DNA from: an uncultured Acidobacteriota bacterium | GTDB lineage: Bacteria; Acidobacteriota; Thermoanaerobaculia; Multivoradales; UBA5704 | Assembly (NCBI GenBank): GCA_963761645.1 | Contig: CAVXIG010000067.1 | Location: 118,760-182,759 of the forward strand | DNA length: 64,000 nt | Direction of reading: 5' to 3' | In this document: in pieces, positions 1 to 11,767 of the stretch | Layout: every line of letters begins with the position of its first letter | Numbering within the stretch: position 1 is the first letter of the stretch | The notes under the pieces: generated by a model | Databases searched by the model: none | What the model saw: only the letters and a program-made list of their open reading frames with translations | What the model was told of the DNA's origin: nothing | Program-made: the position numbers and the translations under genes

Positions 1-524
1 GGGAGCCCGACCTGTCCGGCGATCTGGCGGGCGAACGCGGGATCGAGCACCAGGGCCGCCGCGGCGGTCGCGTCCGGGGTGCTGGCGAGCGGCGAGGCGG
101 CGCCGAGGAGGAGGGCGCCGTCCGGCAGGCGCGCGATCGCGGAGGTCCGTACCTGCCCCCAGGGGACGGGCGCGCCGCTGGCGGCGACCATCGTCCCGTG
201 CGAGAAGATGGCGACTCCCGAGAGCGAGCTGGTCTGCCGGAAGCGGTCGAGGAAGGCGGCGAGGCCGGCGGCGTCCCCCCCTTCGACCAGGCGCTTGACC
301 GTCGGACGCTCCGAGAGCAGATGGGCCGAGGTCCGCACGTCGCGCACCGAGCGCTCGACCGCCTCCTGGGCGGCCGCCCCCGCGAGGTTGACCCGCGCGA
401 TCCCCTGCTCGTCCGCGAACCGCTCGATCAGCCCCAGCGCCGCGGCCGCGACCGCGATCACCGCCAGCAGGACGAGGCCGGCGTTGAGACCGATGAGGAG
501 GGTGCCGAGGCGGGTGCGACGCAT
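1..524 (-). CDS. membrane sensor/signalling protein, N-terminal part (partial, continues beyond window start)
   Basis: Manual minus-strand translation from ATG at 522-524 gives MRRTRLGTLLIGLNAGLVLLAVIAVAAAALGLIERFADEQGIARVNLAGAAAQEAVERSVRDV... This is an N-terminal TM helix followed by an extracytoplasmic sensor-like region. It is open to position 1, so it is absent from the ORF track. Confidence 0.4.
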   Translation of the reverse strand, partial: MRRTRLGTLLIGLNAGLVLLAVIAVAAAALGLIERFADEQGIARVNLAGAAAQEAVERSVRDVRTSAHLLSERPTVKRLVEGGDAAGLAAFLDRFRQTSSLSGVAIFSHGTMVAASGAPVPWGQVRTSAIARLPDGALLLGAASPLASTPDATAAAALVLDPAFARQIAGQVGL

Positions 525-551
525 GGGATTGGAAAGATTAACATTCCTGTC

Positions 552-1418
552 CTACCGCGCCGTCCGCCACTCGATCACGCTCTTGATCCCCAGCGTCGCC
601 AGGGCGAGCAGGGCCAGCAGCGACGCCACCGCGAAGGCGGCCGCGAACTGGTATTCGTTGTAGAGGATCTCGACGTGCAGGGGCATGGTGTTGGTCTCGC
701 CGCGGATGTGCCCGGAGACCACCGAGACGGCGCCGAACTCGCCCATCGCCCGGGCGTTGCAGAGCACGACGCCGTAGAGCAGGCCCCAGCGGATCTTCGG
801 CAGGCTCACCCGGAAGAAGGTCTGCAGGCCCGAGGCGCCGAGGGTCAGCGCCGCCTCCTCCTCGTCGTTGCCCTGCGACTGCATCAGCGGGATCAGCTCC
901 CGCGCCACCATCGGCGAGGTCACGAAGATGGTCGCCAGCACGATCCCCGGCACGGCGAAGATGACCTTGACGTCGTGCGCCGCGAGCCACGCGCCGAAGA
1001 AGCCGTGGGCGCCGAAGAGGAGCACGTAGATCATCCCCGAGATCACCGGCGAGACGCTGAACGGCAGGTCGATCAGCGTGATCAGCAGGTTCTTGGCCGG
1101 AAAGCGGAACTTGGAGATCGACCACGCCGCGGCGAGGCCGAAGAGGAGATTGACCGGCACCGCGATCGCCGCCGTCAGCAGCGTCAGGCGGACGGCGGCG
1201 AGGGCCACCGGCTCGGTGATCGCGGCCAGATAGGCCTCGAACCCCTTCGCCAGCGCCTGGGTGAAGACCAGGGCCAGCGGGATGAAGAGGAAGAAGCCGA
1301 GGAACGTCAGCGCGGCCCCGAGCAGGAGCCAGCGGACCCACCGCGGCTCGGTGAGCGCGCCGTGCCGCTCGGCGCCCGAGGCGCGGCCGCGTGGAAAGGT
1401 GGGGACCGCGCCGGCCAT
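552..1418 (-). CDS. cysW: sulfate ABC transporter permease CysW
   Basis: 288-aa ORF with multi-TM permease signature (...[21 protein letters not shown]...) typical of CysW. Its ATG lies 2 nt after the cysT stop (TGAcgATG). Confidence 0.9.
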   Translation of the reverse strand: MAGAVPTFPRGRASGAERHGALTEPRWVRWLLLGAALTFLGFFLFIPLALVFTQALAKGFEAYLAAITEPVALAAVRLTLLTAAIAVPVNLLFGLAAAWSISKFRFPAKNLLITLIDLPFSVSPVISGMIYVLLFGAHGFFGAWLAAHDVKVIFAVPGIVLATIFVTSPMVARELIPLMQSQGNDEEEAALTLGASGLQTFFRVSLPKIRWGLLYGVVLCNARAMGEFGAVSVVSGHIRGETNTMPLHVEILYNEYQFAAAFAVASLLALLALATLGIKSVIEWRTAR

Positions 1419-1420
1419 CG

Positions 1421-2242
1421 TCAGTGTCTCCGTCGACCGCCCGCAGCCTGCGGCCGCGGCGCCAGGTCAGGAAGTTGATCATCAGCAGCAGGCCGAACGA
1501 GGCGAGCAGGAAGACCAGCGCGATCGAGGTGGCGCCGGCGTAGTCGTACTGCTCGAGCTTGATCATGATCAGCAGCGGCACGATCTCCGATTTCATCGGC
1601 ATGTTGCCGGCGATGAAGATCACCGAGCCGTACTCGCCGAGGGCGCGCGCGAAGGCGAGCACGAAGCCGGTCATCGCCGCCGGCAGCAGCTCGGGGAAGA
1701 GCACCCGCCGGAAGGTCTGCCAGCGCCCCGCGCCCAGGCTGGCCGCCGCCTCCTCGACCTCCGGATCGAGGTCGGCGAGCACCGGCTGCACCGTGCGCAC
1801 CACGAACGGCAGGCCGATGAAGGTGAGCGCCACCACCACGCCCAGGCGGGTGTAGGCCACCTCGATCCCCATCGGGACGAGCCAGCGGCCGATCCAGCCG
1901 TTCTGGGCGTAGAGGGTGGCGAGCGCGATGCCGGCCACCGCCGTGGGCAGCGCGAACGGCAGGTCGACCAGGGCGTCGACCAGCCGCTTGCCCGGAAAGC
2001 TGTAGCGCTCGAGGACCCAGGCCACCAGCAGGCCGAAGACGAGGTTGATCGCGGCGGCGGCGAACGCGGAGCCGAGGCTCAAGCCGGTAGGCCGCGAGCG
2101 CCCGCGGCCCGCTGACGTCCGCCCAGAAAGTGGCCCAGGGGAGCGTCGCCGACTTCAGGAAGACGGTCGACAGCGGGATCAGGATGAGCAGCGCGAGATA
2201 GGTCAGCGTGAAGCCGAGCGACAGCCCGAAGCCGGGGAGCAC
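1421..2242 (-). CDS. cysT: sulfate ABC transporter permease CysT (apparently frameshifted twice)
   Basis: The N-terminus [25 protein letters not shown]...AAYRL is in the frame of ORF 1421..2242. The conserved core [18 protein letters not shown]...[18 protein letters not shown]...[11 protein letters not shown]...[11 protein letters not shown] is in the frame of ORF 538..2082. The stop at 1421-1423 is back in the first frame. This implies indels near ~2080 and ~1450. Confidence 0.8.
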   Translation of the reverse strand: MLPGFGLSLGFTLTYLALLILIPLSTVFLKSATLPWATFWADVSGPRALAAYRLEPRLRVRRRRDQPRLRPAGGLGPRALQLSGQAAGRRPGRPAVRAAHGGGRHRARHPLRPERLDRPLARPDGDRGGLHPPGRGGGAHLHRPAVRGAHGAAGARRPRSGGRGGGGQPGRGALADLPAGALPRAAAGGDDRLRARLRARPRRVRLGDLHRRQHADEIGDRAAADHDQARAVRLRRRHLDRAGLPARLVRPAADDQLPDLAPRPQAAGGRRRH

Positions 2243-2352
2243 GCTGCCCCCCGCAGGCGCTTGCGCGGCCGCGCCGAGACCGGCAACGGCGACGGCAGGC
2301 TCGCCGCTCGCTTCTCCACCGCTTCCACCTCGGGCGTCCTCAATTTCGTCCG

Positions 2353-3369
2353 CTACCGTCCGGCGCCGTAGATCTGGTCGAAGACGCCGCCGTCCGCGAA
2401 GTGGGCCTGCTGCGCCTTGGTCCAGCCGCCGAAGACCTGATCGATGGTGAACAGCTGCACCTTCGGGAACTGCGCCGCGTACTTGGCGGCGACCGCCTCG
2501 TTGCGCGGCCGGTAGTAGTGCCGGGCCGCGATCTCCTGCCCCTCGGGGGTGTAGAGGAACTGCAGGTAGGCGGTGGCCACCTGCACCGTCTTGTGCTTGG
2601 CGGCGACCTTGTCGACCACCGCGACCGGCGGCTCGGCGAGGACGCTGATCGACGGCGCCACGATCTGGAAATCACCCTTGGCGCCCATCTCCCCCTTGAC
2701 CGCGAACATCGCCTCGTTCTCCCAGGCGATCAGCACGTCGCCGATCCCGCGCTCGACGAAGGTGACGGTGGAGCCGCGGGCGCCGGTGTCGAGGATCGGC
2801 ACGTTCTTGAAGATCCGGCCGACGAAGTCCTTGGCCTTGGCGGGATCGTTGTTGAACTTGCGCAGGGCGTAGCCCCAGGCCGCCAGGTAGTTCCAGCGCG
2901 CGCCGCCCGAGGTCTTCGGGTTGGGGGTGATCACCGAGACGCCGGGGCGCGTGAGGTCGTCCCAGTCGCGGATCTTCTTGGGATTCCCCTTGCGCACCAG
3001 GAAGACGATCGTCGAGGTGTAGGGGGTGCTGTTGTTGGGCAGGCGCGTCTGCCAGTTCTTGGCGATCAGCCCGGATTTGGCCACGGCGTCGATGTCGTAG
3101 GCGAGCGCCAGGGTGACGACGTCGGCGCCCAGGCCGTCGATCACCGAGCGGGCCTGCTTGCCGGAGCCGCCGTGCGACTGCTGGACGGTGACGTCCTGGC
3201 CCGTCTTGGCCTTCCACGCCTTGGCGAAGGCGGTGTTGACGTCCTGGTAGAGCTCGCGCGTCGGATCGTAGGAGACGTTGAGCAGCTTGATTCCCGCCGC
3301 ATGGGCGGACCCCGCGAGGAGCAGGGAGAGCCCGAGGGCGGCGGCCGGTAGAAATTTTCGATGGCTCAT
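2353..3369 (-). CDS. sbp: sulfate/thiosulfate-binding periplasmic protein Sbp/CysP
   Basis: Intact 338-aa ORF with signal peptide and Sbp-like sequence throughout ([16 protein letters not shown]...[28 protein letters not shown]...). Confidence 0.9.
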   Translation of the reverse strand: MSHRKFLPAAALGLSLLLAGSAHAAGIKLLNVSYDPTRELYQDVNTAFAKAWKAKTGQDVTVQQSHGGSGKQARSVIDGLGADVVTLALAYDIDAVAKSGLIAKNWQTRLPNNSTPYTSTIVFLVRKGNPKKIRDWDDLTRPGVSVITPNPKTSGGARWNYLAAWGYALRKFNNDPAKAKDFVGRIFKNVPILDTGARGSTVTFVERGIGDVLIAWENEAMFAVKGEMGAKGDFQIVAPSISVLAEPPVAVVDKVAAKHKTVQVATAYLQFLYTPEGQEIAARHYYRPRNEAVAAKYAAQFPKVQLFTIDQVFGGWTKAQQAHFADGGVFDQIYGAGR

Positions 3370-3385
3370 GGCTTTGCGTTCCTCT

Positions 3386-4747
3386 CTAGAAAGCGATCTG
3401 GAAGCGGCTGAAGAAAATCTTTTCGTCCTCGCGGTCGCCGGTCGCGGCGCCGCCCTCGAACTTGGTGGTCTCGTAGTCGAACATCAGCCGCAGGTTCCGG
3501 TTGAGGTACCAGTTGAGACCCACCGCCCAGGCCTTCGCCGAGCGCGCCGAGCTGGTGATGCTGGCGAAGACGGGGAAGGTGGCGTCGTCGAGCGTCAGCT
3601 CGCTGTAGCGCGCCGCGAGCTCGAAAGCGCCCCAGGTGTGGGCCGCCCGGTCGAAGACCGTCTTCGGGTTGACGCTGCGGTAGGTGGGCTCGCCGCCGGC
3701 GATCACCCAGGATCCCGCCAGTTGCCAGGACTTGTGCTCCAGGCGTGTCGGAGACGAGGTCGCGGCGCACGTCCTGGCGCGAGATCACGTACTCGGCGAG
3801 CAGGCCGAACGGTCCGCTGTAGAAGTACCCCTGGGGGGAGAGCCGGGTGCGGGTGCCGTTGGCCACCGTGGTGCCGGTGGCGGTCGCGTCCGAGCGGTAG
3901 GAGAAGAAGGTCTGCTGTCCGGGCGTGCGGTAGGACGGGCAGGCTGGTGGCCGTGGGCGTTCCGTTCTGGTCCCCCTGGCTCGCCGCGATGCCGAAGCCC
4001 AGGTTCTTGAGCGGTCCGGTCCCCTTCACGAACGGCTGGAAGAAGACGCGGCCCGCCAGGTCCTTGTCGTTGTTGGTGTCGGCGTCGCCGTTGCCGAGGT
4101 CGACCACGCCGTTGAAGACGCCGAGGGCGTAGCTCACCGTCCCGCCGGCGAGATCGCCGCCGATCTGGACGCCGAGGTCGCGGTTGGGCACCAGGTTGGT
4201 CGGGCAGGGCGCGCTCGACGAACAGGATGTCGGTGGCCGACTGCAGGCGCTCGAGACCGACCGGCGGCTTGAACTTGCCGGCACGGACGCGGAAGGCGGG
4301 GTTGAAACGCCCTTCGATATAGGCGTCTTGCAGCACGGTGGTGCCGGCGCCGAAGTCGGGCATGATGCGGAAGTCGAAGATCTTGTAGACCGTCCCCTCG
4401 AAGATCGGCCGCACCCGGCGCAGCAGGAAGGTCTCCGCCTGCGGCCTCTTCTCGTCGTCGACCCAGAAGCGGCCGTCGAAATGCGCGTAGCCGCGCACCT
4501 TGAGCACGAAGTTGCCGTCGGCCGAGCGCAGCGAGAAGCCGTCCTTGCCGGCGACCGCCTGGCCGGCGGTCTTCGCCTTCTCGGCGGCGGCCTCCTTGTC
4601 GATCTCGATCTTGCGGTCGAGGACGCGGATCTTCTGATCCAGCTCCTCGAGCTTCTCGTCGACGCTTGCGGGAGGTGGATCCTGCGCCCGGACGGCGGCC
4701 GGCATGGCCAGCAGGGCGCAGCACAACCAGATCGAAATATTCTTCAT
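3386..4747 (-). CDS. phosphate-selective porin O/P family outer-membrane porin (frameshifted)
   Basis: N-term with signal peptide [22 protein letters not shown]... (ORF 3785..4759). Middle beta-barrel segment in ORF 3703..4284. C-term ...[21 protein letters not shown]...[11 protein letters not shown] with terminal Phe in ORF 3386..3706. Three frames imply at least two indels. Confidence 0.7.
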
Positions 4748-4776
4748 CGGAATCTCCAAAGGTCAGGTGTTGAGGC

Positions 4777-5600
4777 TCACGACACCGCCTCCGGCGAGCG
4801 GACGATCAGCACCGGCAGATGGGCCACCTCGGGCAGCAGCCGGCCGACGAAGCCGCCGAGCGCGATCCGCCCGTCGCGCCCGGGCAGCGGCGCCCCCAGC
4901 ACCAGCAGGTCGTGCTCCCCCTCGGCGATCTGGGCGACCACCTCCTCGCGCACGCCGCCGTAGCGGACGCGGGTCGCGACCGGCACGCCGATGCGGTTGA
5001 GGGTGCGGGCGCTGCCGGCGAGGAAGCGCTCGGCCAGGGTTTCCGACGAGGTGCCGCGCGCCGTTTCCGGCAGCACGGTGAGGATCGTCACCTCCGCTCC
5101 CAGGTGGCGGGCGAGGCGGCCGGAGAAGGAGACGTCCTCCTTGCCGGGCTCGCCGACGGCGACGCAGATCAGCAGCCGCGCCGGCACGTTGACCCGGCCG
5201 GCGGGGCGCCGCGCCGTCCGTGGCCGGCGTGAGCAGGAGGTGATGCTGGCCGGCCGCGAGCACGCCCTCGGCCATCTCGATCCCGTCGCGGGGGGGCAGG
5301 GAGAGGATCACCAAGTCGCAGGGGCGGCGGAAGACCTCCTCGGCGACCGCCTCGGCCGGCTTGCCGGCGGTCAGGCGGGTCTCCAGGGCCGCGAGGCCGC
5401 TGCCGAGCGCCTCGCGCGCTTCCTGCAAGCGCCCGCTCGCCGGCGTCGTCCAGCGTGGCGGGGCCGAGCACGGCGACCCGCGCGTGGGCCCGGCGGGCGA
5501 TCTCGCCGCCCAGCGCCAGGGCTGACCGCGACCGCCCCGAGCCGTTGAGCCGGTGAGCAGCAGGAAACGCAGCCCCGGATGCACCAGGGCGTGCACCCGC
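4777..5600 (-). CDS. tandem universal stress protein (UspA family), frameshifted
   Basis: Second USP domain is intact in ORF 4777..5187 (ARLLICVAVGEPGKEDV...HDLLVLGAPLPGRDG...LPVLIVRSP). First USP domain is split between the 4763..6490 and 5169..6707 frames (RFLLLTGSTARGG / ALGGEIARRAHARVAVLGP / ...CDLVILSLPP...). The 5' boundary with cysA is approximate. Confidence 0.5.
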
Positions 5601-5609
5601 CGCACCCCC

Positions 5610-6707
<1,098 letters not shown>

Positions 6708-6879
6708 GAATAGGGAGCGGCGGTGACACTGTCAGTCGAAAGGCGGTGACAAAAAATGGGAATTTTGGAACCTGCCCGAAGTCGGAGAAAGTTTCTTCTC
6801 TTTTCTTGTCCCCTTTCGGTCTCCTGCGGCAACTTATTCTTTGAAGGCGATTTGTTGATCTGCTTCAGGAGGAGTCAGC

Positions 6880-7686
6880 GTGGAGGAGAATCGTGTATCG
6901 GAGGGACTGGAGCGTTTCGCCAAGGCGGAGCTCTCCCGGGATGACAACCGCGAGTTCGTGCGCCGGCTGCTCGGCGGCTCGCCGCGGCTATCAACCCAGA
7001 ATGGCATGAACAGATCCGGCCTCGCGGAACGCGATGAGAGCGCCCGTTACGACGAGGCCTTTCGCAGGACCGAGCGCCGCCTCGCCGAGGCCCACGAGCG
7101 GATCCAGCGCGAGCGGCAGCTCGCCGGCGGCCAGTGGGGCAGCCTGGAAGGGCACCCGCCGACGCGGCGGCTGGTCATGGTCCGCAACGATGAGCGCCTG
7201 CACCATTGGGGGCTCTTCGATCTGCTGCTCGAGAAGAGCAACGAGGCCGCGGACCGCGACACCGCCGAGTCGGTGAGCCTCGCCGAGCTGGCCCTCGCCG
7301 TGGCCGAGCGGCTCGATCCCGAGATCTATGGCGAGGAGCGGTTGTCCGACTTCAAGACCGCCGCTCTCGGCGCTCTCGGGGACGCCCGCCGACTGGCCGG
7401 CGACTTCGCCGGGGCGCGCCTGGCCTACAGCCAGGCCCGCATCAACCTGGAGATGGGCACCGGCGACCTGATCGAGGAGGCCGGCCTGCTCGGCGGACTG
7501 GTCAAGCTGCTCTGCGACCTCGGCGAGTACGGCAAGGCCGCCCAGACGCTGCAGCGCGCCAGCTCTCTCTACCGCCGGATGGGGGACTCCCATCTCAACG
7601 GGGTCACCGTCCCCCGGCAGGAGAAGAAGGACGCCAAGGGGAAGGACGAGCGGGAGGACGGGCGCAAGGGCGCGCAGGCCTTATAG
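6880..7686 (+). CDS. hypothetical protein (alpha-helical, TPR-like C-terminal half)
   Basis: Intact 268-codon ORF starting at GTG 6880, divergent from the cysA promoter region. No recognisable catalytic motif. Confidence 0.55.
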   Translation: MEENRVSEGLERFAKAELSRDDNREFVRRLLGGSPRLSTQNGMNRSGLAERDESARYDEAFRRTERRLAEAHERIQRERQLAGGQWGSLEGHPPTRRLVMVRNDERLHHWGLFDLLLEKSNEAADRDTAESVSLAELALAVAERLDPEIYGEERLSDFKTAALGALGDARRLAGDFAGARLAYSQARINLEMGTGDLIEEAGLLGGLVKLLCDLGEYGKAAQTLQRASSLYRRMGDSHLNGVTVPRQEKKDAKGKDEREDGRKGAQAL

Positions 7687-8325
7687 CCCCTGTCGCCAGC
7701 GATACCCGAAGCTCACCAGCAGGTGCCCCGCGATGTTCGGCGCGTCCAGCTCGCCGCCGCGGATCGGGATGACGGCGCGGGCGGCGGAGATCTTCCCCTC
7801 GATCCCGAGCAGCCAGCTCTCCCGCAGCGCGATCCGCTTCTCCGCGCCGAGCTGAATCACCGGACCGGTCCACTGATAGCCCCCCTTGTCGAGCTGGCGG
7901 CCGCGAGCCGCCCCCTCCACGTGCGCGACCACCGGCCCCACCCCGGCGCGCACCAGGAATCGCCCCAGGTCCCAGCCGCGATTGATCATCACCAAGTTGT
8001 AGCCATGGGAGATCTCGAGGCTCTCGATCTCGGGTGGCGGGTTGCGCAGATAGAGCTTGTGGTGGACGAGCTCGAGCTCCCAGCCCCCCTGCCCGCTCCA
8101 CCGGCCGGCCCGGACCGAGTAGTAGACGGGGTCGGTGAACGGCTTCGAGTCCCAGCTCGCGTCCAATTCGAGGTCCTCGAGGCCCTCCTGGTGCAGGGCC
8201 AGCCGCGAGTCCCGGCTGGCGGCGCCGCCGAGGGAGGCCTGGAAGGTCCACCCCTGCTCGGCGCCGAGCGGAGCGGCGAGGGTGAGAGAAAGGATGGACG
8301 GCAGAACAATTTTCGAGAGTTTCAT
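7681..8325 (-). CDS. hypothetical secreted/outer-membrane protein
   Basis: Inner ATG at 8325 gives MKLSKIVLPSILSLTLAAPLGA signal peptide. It is beta-rich and ends ...GHLLVSFGYRWRQGL. It is convergent with 6880..7686. Confidence 0.6.
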   Translation of the reverse strand: MKLSKIVLPSILSLTLAAPLGAEQGWTFQASLGGAASRDSRLALHQEGLEDLELDASWDSKPFTDPVYYSVRAGRWSGQGGWELELVHHKLYLRNPPPEIESLEISHGYNLVMINRGWDLGRFLVRAGVGPVVAHVEGAARGRQLDKGGYQWTGPVIQLGAEKRIALRESWLLGIEGKISAARAVIPIRGGELDAPNIAGHLLVSFGYRWRQGL

Positions 8326-8378
8326 GCCCGGTTTCGCATGCACGCCGCGGACCCGGCTGCGGTATAGACTCCGGCCCC

Positions 8379-9295
8379 ATGCGCCTCGCGTTGCTCCTCA
8401 CCATGGTTTTCGTCCTCGCCATCGCCCTGCCCGGCTGCGTCTCGCTGCGGTCCTTCGCGGAGATCCGCCGCGCGCTCCCCGCCGACCGCTTCGTCCGCGT
8501 CGGCGAACAGCTCGTGCACGTCGAGCAGGCGGGAGAGGGCGAGCCGGTGGTGCTTCTCCACGGCTTCGGCGCCTCGACCTACTCGTGGCGCAAGGTGATG
8601 CCGGCCCTCGCCGCGTCCCATCGCGTGGTGGCGATCGACCTCAACGGCTTCGGCTACACCCAGCGGCCGGCGTCCCGCGCCAGCTACACGCGGGAGGCGC
8701 AGGCGAAGCTGGTGCTGGGGACGATGGACGCGCTGGGGATCGACCGCGCCCACATCTTCGGCCACTCCTACGGCGGCGGCATCACGCTCTACCTCGCCTC
8801 GCGCCACCCCGAGCGCTTCCGCACCATGGTGCTGGTGGACAGCTCCGCCCCCACCTACGCGAACGACCGCCGCAGCCGCGCCGCCGCCTGCCGCCCGCTG
8901 GCCGCGTTCTTCGTCCGCACCTGGTCCTGCGGCCCAGCGAGGTGCGCAAGGGGCTCCTGCGCTCCTTCCATGACGACTCCCTGGTCACCCCCGAGCTCGT
9001 GCGGGCCTACCTCGACCGCCTGACGATCGAGGGGGTGAGCTTCGCCTTCTACGGCCTGACGGCGCCGGCCCCCCCGGGCGAGCCGGTGGAGCTCGAGAAG
9101 ATCGACGTCCCGGCCCTGGTGATCTGGGGGGCCCACGACGCGCTGATCGCGCCGGAGGCGGGCCGCCGGGCCTCGGCGCGCATGCCCCACTCCGAGTTCG
9201 TCCTCTTCGCGAACAGCGGCCACATCCCGATGGAAGAGGAGCCGGAGACGTTCCTGGAGACCGTCCTCCCCTTCCTGGAGCGCCACCGCGGCTGA
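8379..9295 (+). CDS. alpha/beta-fold hydrolase (frameshifted)
   Basis: The N-terminal part carries the HGFGAS motif and the nucleophile elbow GHSYGG (ORF 8379..9023). The C-terminal part ...ALVIWGAHDALI...NSGHIPMEEEPE... is in the frame of ORF 8135..9295. This implies one indel near ~8900. Confidence 0.75.
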
Positions 9296-10452
9296 TGGCG
9301 AGACTCGGACTGGTCGCCACCTGCGTTCTCGGTCTCGAGGAGATCCTCGAAGGGGAGCTGCGCGGCATGGGAGCGCGGGAGATCGAGCGCCAGCGGGGCG
9401 CCGTCTCGTTCAGCGGCGACTGGCGGGACTGCTGGCGCGCCAACTGGCGGCTGCGCACGGCGAACCGGGTGCTCGTCGAGCTCGCCTCCTGGGACGCGCA
9501 GGACGGACCCGGCATCGCCGCCGGCGCGCGCGCCCTGATCTCCGGCCGCCCCGGCCCGCGGCTCTGGCGGGGGGGCCTCGACGCCGCCGCCCTCTTCCAC
9601 CCCGACCGCACCTTCTTCATCCAGGCCACCTCGACCGCCTCCGAGGTGCGCGACACCCGCTGGGCCGCGATGTCGCTCAAGGACGGCCTGGTGGACGGCC
9701 AGCGCGACCGCTGGGGCCGGCGCTCGGACGTCGACCGCGAGGACCCGGATCTCCACCTGCGCCTGCGCCTCCACCGCGACCGCGCGACCCTCCTCCTCGA
9801 CACCTCGGGCGAGCCGCTCGACCGCCGCGGCTACCGCGCCGTCACCGCCGCCGCGCCGGTGCGCGAGCAGCTCGCCGCCGCCTGCGTGCTCGCCTCGGGG
9901 TGGGACGGCCGGGGGCCGGTGGTCGATCCGATGTGCGGCTCGGGGACGCTGCTGATCGAGGCCGCCTGGTTCGCCCTCGGCTGGGCGCCCGGCCGCCTGC
10001 GCCCCCACTGGGCTTTCGAGCGCCTGCCGGGCTACGACGCGGAGGCCTTCACCGCCGTGCTCCAGGAGCCGATCCTCGCCGCCGGCCCCGACGTCCGCGT
10101 CCACGGCAACGACCTCTCCGCCGAGGCGCTCGACGCCGCGCGGGCCAACCTGGAGCAGGCCAACCTGCTCGACCGCGCCACCCTCACCCGCGGCGACGCC
10201 GCCGCCTTCCAGCCGCCGCCCGGGCCCGGCCTGGTGCTGATCAACCCGCCCCACGGCGAGCGCCTGGAGACCGACGCCGGCCGCTGGCGCGCCGTCGGCG
10301 ATCTCCTCAAGCAGCAGTTCAAGGGGTGGAAGGCCGCCATCCTGACCGGCGAGGACCGCGGCAAGCAGATCGGCCTCCGCCCCCGCCGCCGCATCCCGGT
10401 GATGAACGGCCCGACCGAGGGGCGGATCCTGGTCTGTTTCGATCTGTACTGA
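9295..10452 (+). CDS. THUMP-domain class I SAM-dependent RNA methyltransferase (RlmL/RlmK N-domain-like)
   Basis: Intact 385-aa ORF with a THUMP-like N-terminal region and methyltransferase motifs (VVDPMCGSGTLLIEAA, LVLINPPHGERL). Its ATG overlaps the upstream stop (TGATGG). Confidence 0.8.
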   Translation: MARLGLVATCVLGLEEILEGELRGMGAREIERQRGAVSFSGDWRDCWRANWRLRTANRVLVELASWDAQDGPGIAAGARALISGRPGPRLWRGGLDAAALFHPDRTFFIQATSTASEVRDTRWAAMSLKDGLVDGQRDRWGRRSDVDREDPDLHLRLRLHRDRATLLLDTSGEPLDRRGYRAVTAAAPVREQLAAACVLASGWDGRGPVVDPMCGSGTLLIEAAWFALGWAPGRLRPHWAFERLPGYDAEAFTAVLQEPILAAGPDVRVHGNDLSAEALDAARANLEQANLLDRATLTRGDAAAFQPPPGPGLVLINPPHGERLETDAGRWRAVGDLLKQQFKGWKAAILTGEDRGKQIGLRPRRRIPVMNGPTEGRILVCFDLY

Positions 10453-10458
10453 AGGGTT

Positions 10459-11757
10459 CTACAGCACCGTCTCCAGCGCCGCGATCAGCCGCTCGATCTC
10501 CTCCGGCGTGTTGTAGTGCGCCATCGAGATCCGCACGATGCCGCCGCGCTCCGCCAGGCCCAGATCCTCGATCAGCCGGCGGGCGTGGAAGTCGCCGTAA
10601 CGGATGCCGATGCGGAAGGGGTCGATCGCGGCCGGGATCTCGGCGGAGCTCCGCCCCTCGACCGAGAAGGCGACCGTGGCGATGCGGCCGGCCCGGCCGG
10701 GCGCGGGGTCGCCCAGGAGGCGGACGCCGGGCTTGCCGGCGAGGTACTCCAGCAGCGGCGCGGTGAGGCTCTCCTCGTGGAGGGCGATGGCCGCGAAGGC
10801 GGCCTCGATCCGCTCGCGGGCCGTGGCGTCTGCGCAGAGGCATCCGGCGCGGCGCCCCAGCTCCTCCAGGTACTCGACGATCGCCGGCACGCCGTGCGCC
10901 AGCTCGTAGTTGAGATTGCCGGGGAGGAGCTTGTAGGGCAGGGCGTCCTTGGGCACGAAGACGTGGTTGATATTGGCGAGGTCGAGCAGGAGATCCCGCC
11001 TGCCGTAGAGCAGCCCCTGGTGGGGGCCGAAGACCTTGTAGAGGCTGAACACGTAGAGGTCGACGTCCCAGGCGCGGACGTCCACCGCCCGGTGCGGGGC
11101 GTAGGCGACGCCGTCGACGCAGACCAGCGCCCCCCGCTGGTGGACGAAGCGGGCGATCTCCGCCACCGGATGCACCGTTCCCACCACGTTCGAGACGTGC
11201 GGAAAGCAGACCAGGCGGGTGCGCCCGGTCATCAGGGGGGCGAGGCCGGCGAGGTCGAGGCCGGCGGTGGCCGGGTCCGCCCGCCAGAAGCGGACCGTGG
11301 CGCCGCGCTCCTCGGCCAGGCGCAGCCAGGGGGTGACGTTCGCCTCGTGGTCGGCATTGGTGACCACGATCTCGTCCCCCGGGCCGATCCGCTCGCGGAA
11401 GGCCCGGGCCAGGTTCTGGAGGAGCTGGGTGGTCGAGGGGCCGAGGACCACCTCGGAGGGGTCGGCGGCGTTGACCAGCAGGGCGCAGGCCCGCGCCGCC
11501 GCCGCGATCCGTTCGGCCGCCAGGCGCGACGGCTCGTAGCTCGCGCCGACCTGGACGCTGGAGGTGAGCAGGTACTCCCTCACCCGGTCGGCCACGGAGG
11601 CCAGCACCTGAGAGCCGCCCGCATTGTCGAGGAAGACCCAACCGCCGGCGAGCGCCGGGAATTGCGCCCGGACGAAGTCGAGATCGAGGACGGGAAGAGG
11701 AGCGCGAGCGCCCAGGGACGGCGCCCTGACGGGCTCCTCGGACCGAAGCGCGCTCAT
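10459..11757 (-). CDS. class-V aminotransferase / cysteine desulfurase-like PLP enzyme
   Basis: ORF 10459..12081, trimmed to ATG 11757 (MSALRSEEP...). Fold-type-I class V features are present (...IVVTNADHEANVTPW..., ...VDLYVFSLYKVFGPHQG... with the lysine expected to bind PLP). The first ~108 aa of the listed ORF are antisense to the Gly-rich tail of the RRM gene. Confidence 0.8.
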   Translation of the reverse strand: MSALRSEEPVRAPSLGARAPLPVLDLDFVRAQFPALAGGWVFLDNAGGSQVLASVADRVREYLLTSSVQVGASYEPSRLAAERIAAAARACALLVNAADPSEVVLGPSTTQLLQNLARAFRERIGPGDEIVVTNADHEANVTPWLRLAEERGATVRFWRADPATAGLDLAGLAPLMTGRTRLVCFPHVSNVVGTVHPVAEIARFVHQRGALVCVDGVAYAPHRAVDVRAWDVDLYVFSLYKVFGPHQGLLYGRRDLLLDLANINHVFVPKDALPYKLLPGNLNYELAHGVPAIVEYLEELGRRAGCLCADATARERIEAAFAAIALHEESLTAPLLEYLAGKPGVRLLGDPAPGRAGRIATVAFSVEGRSSAEIPAAIDPFRIGIRYGDFHARRLIEDLGLAERGGIVRISMAHYNTPEEIERLIAALETVL

Positions 11758-11767
11758 CCCGGCAGGA

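Noticed and set aside
198-1478. 426-aa plus-strand ORF rich in Arg/Gly/Asp (also 1261..2115, 5579..6487, 3278..4132 and similar)
   Set aside because: Antisense to clearly homologous cysW/cysT/cysA/porin genes. The low-complexity R/G/A/P composition is typical of spurious long ORFs in 70%-GC DNA.
538-2082. 514-aa minus-strand ORF listed as one protein
   Set aside because: Only residues ~1-210 are CysT core. The remainder is read-through in the wrong frame across cysW. The real CysT N-terminus and stop are in the 1421..2242 frame.
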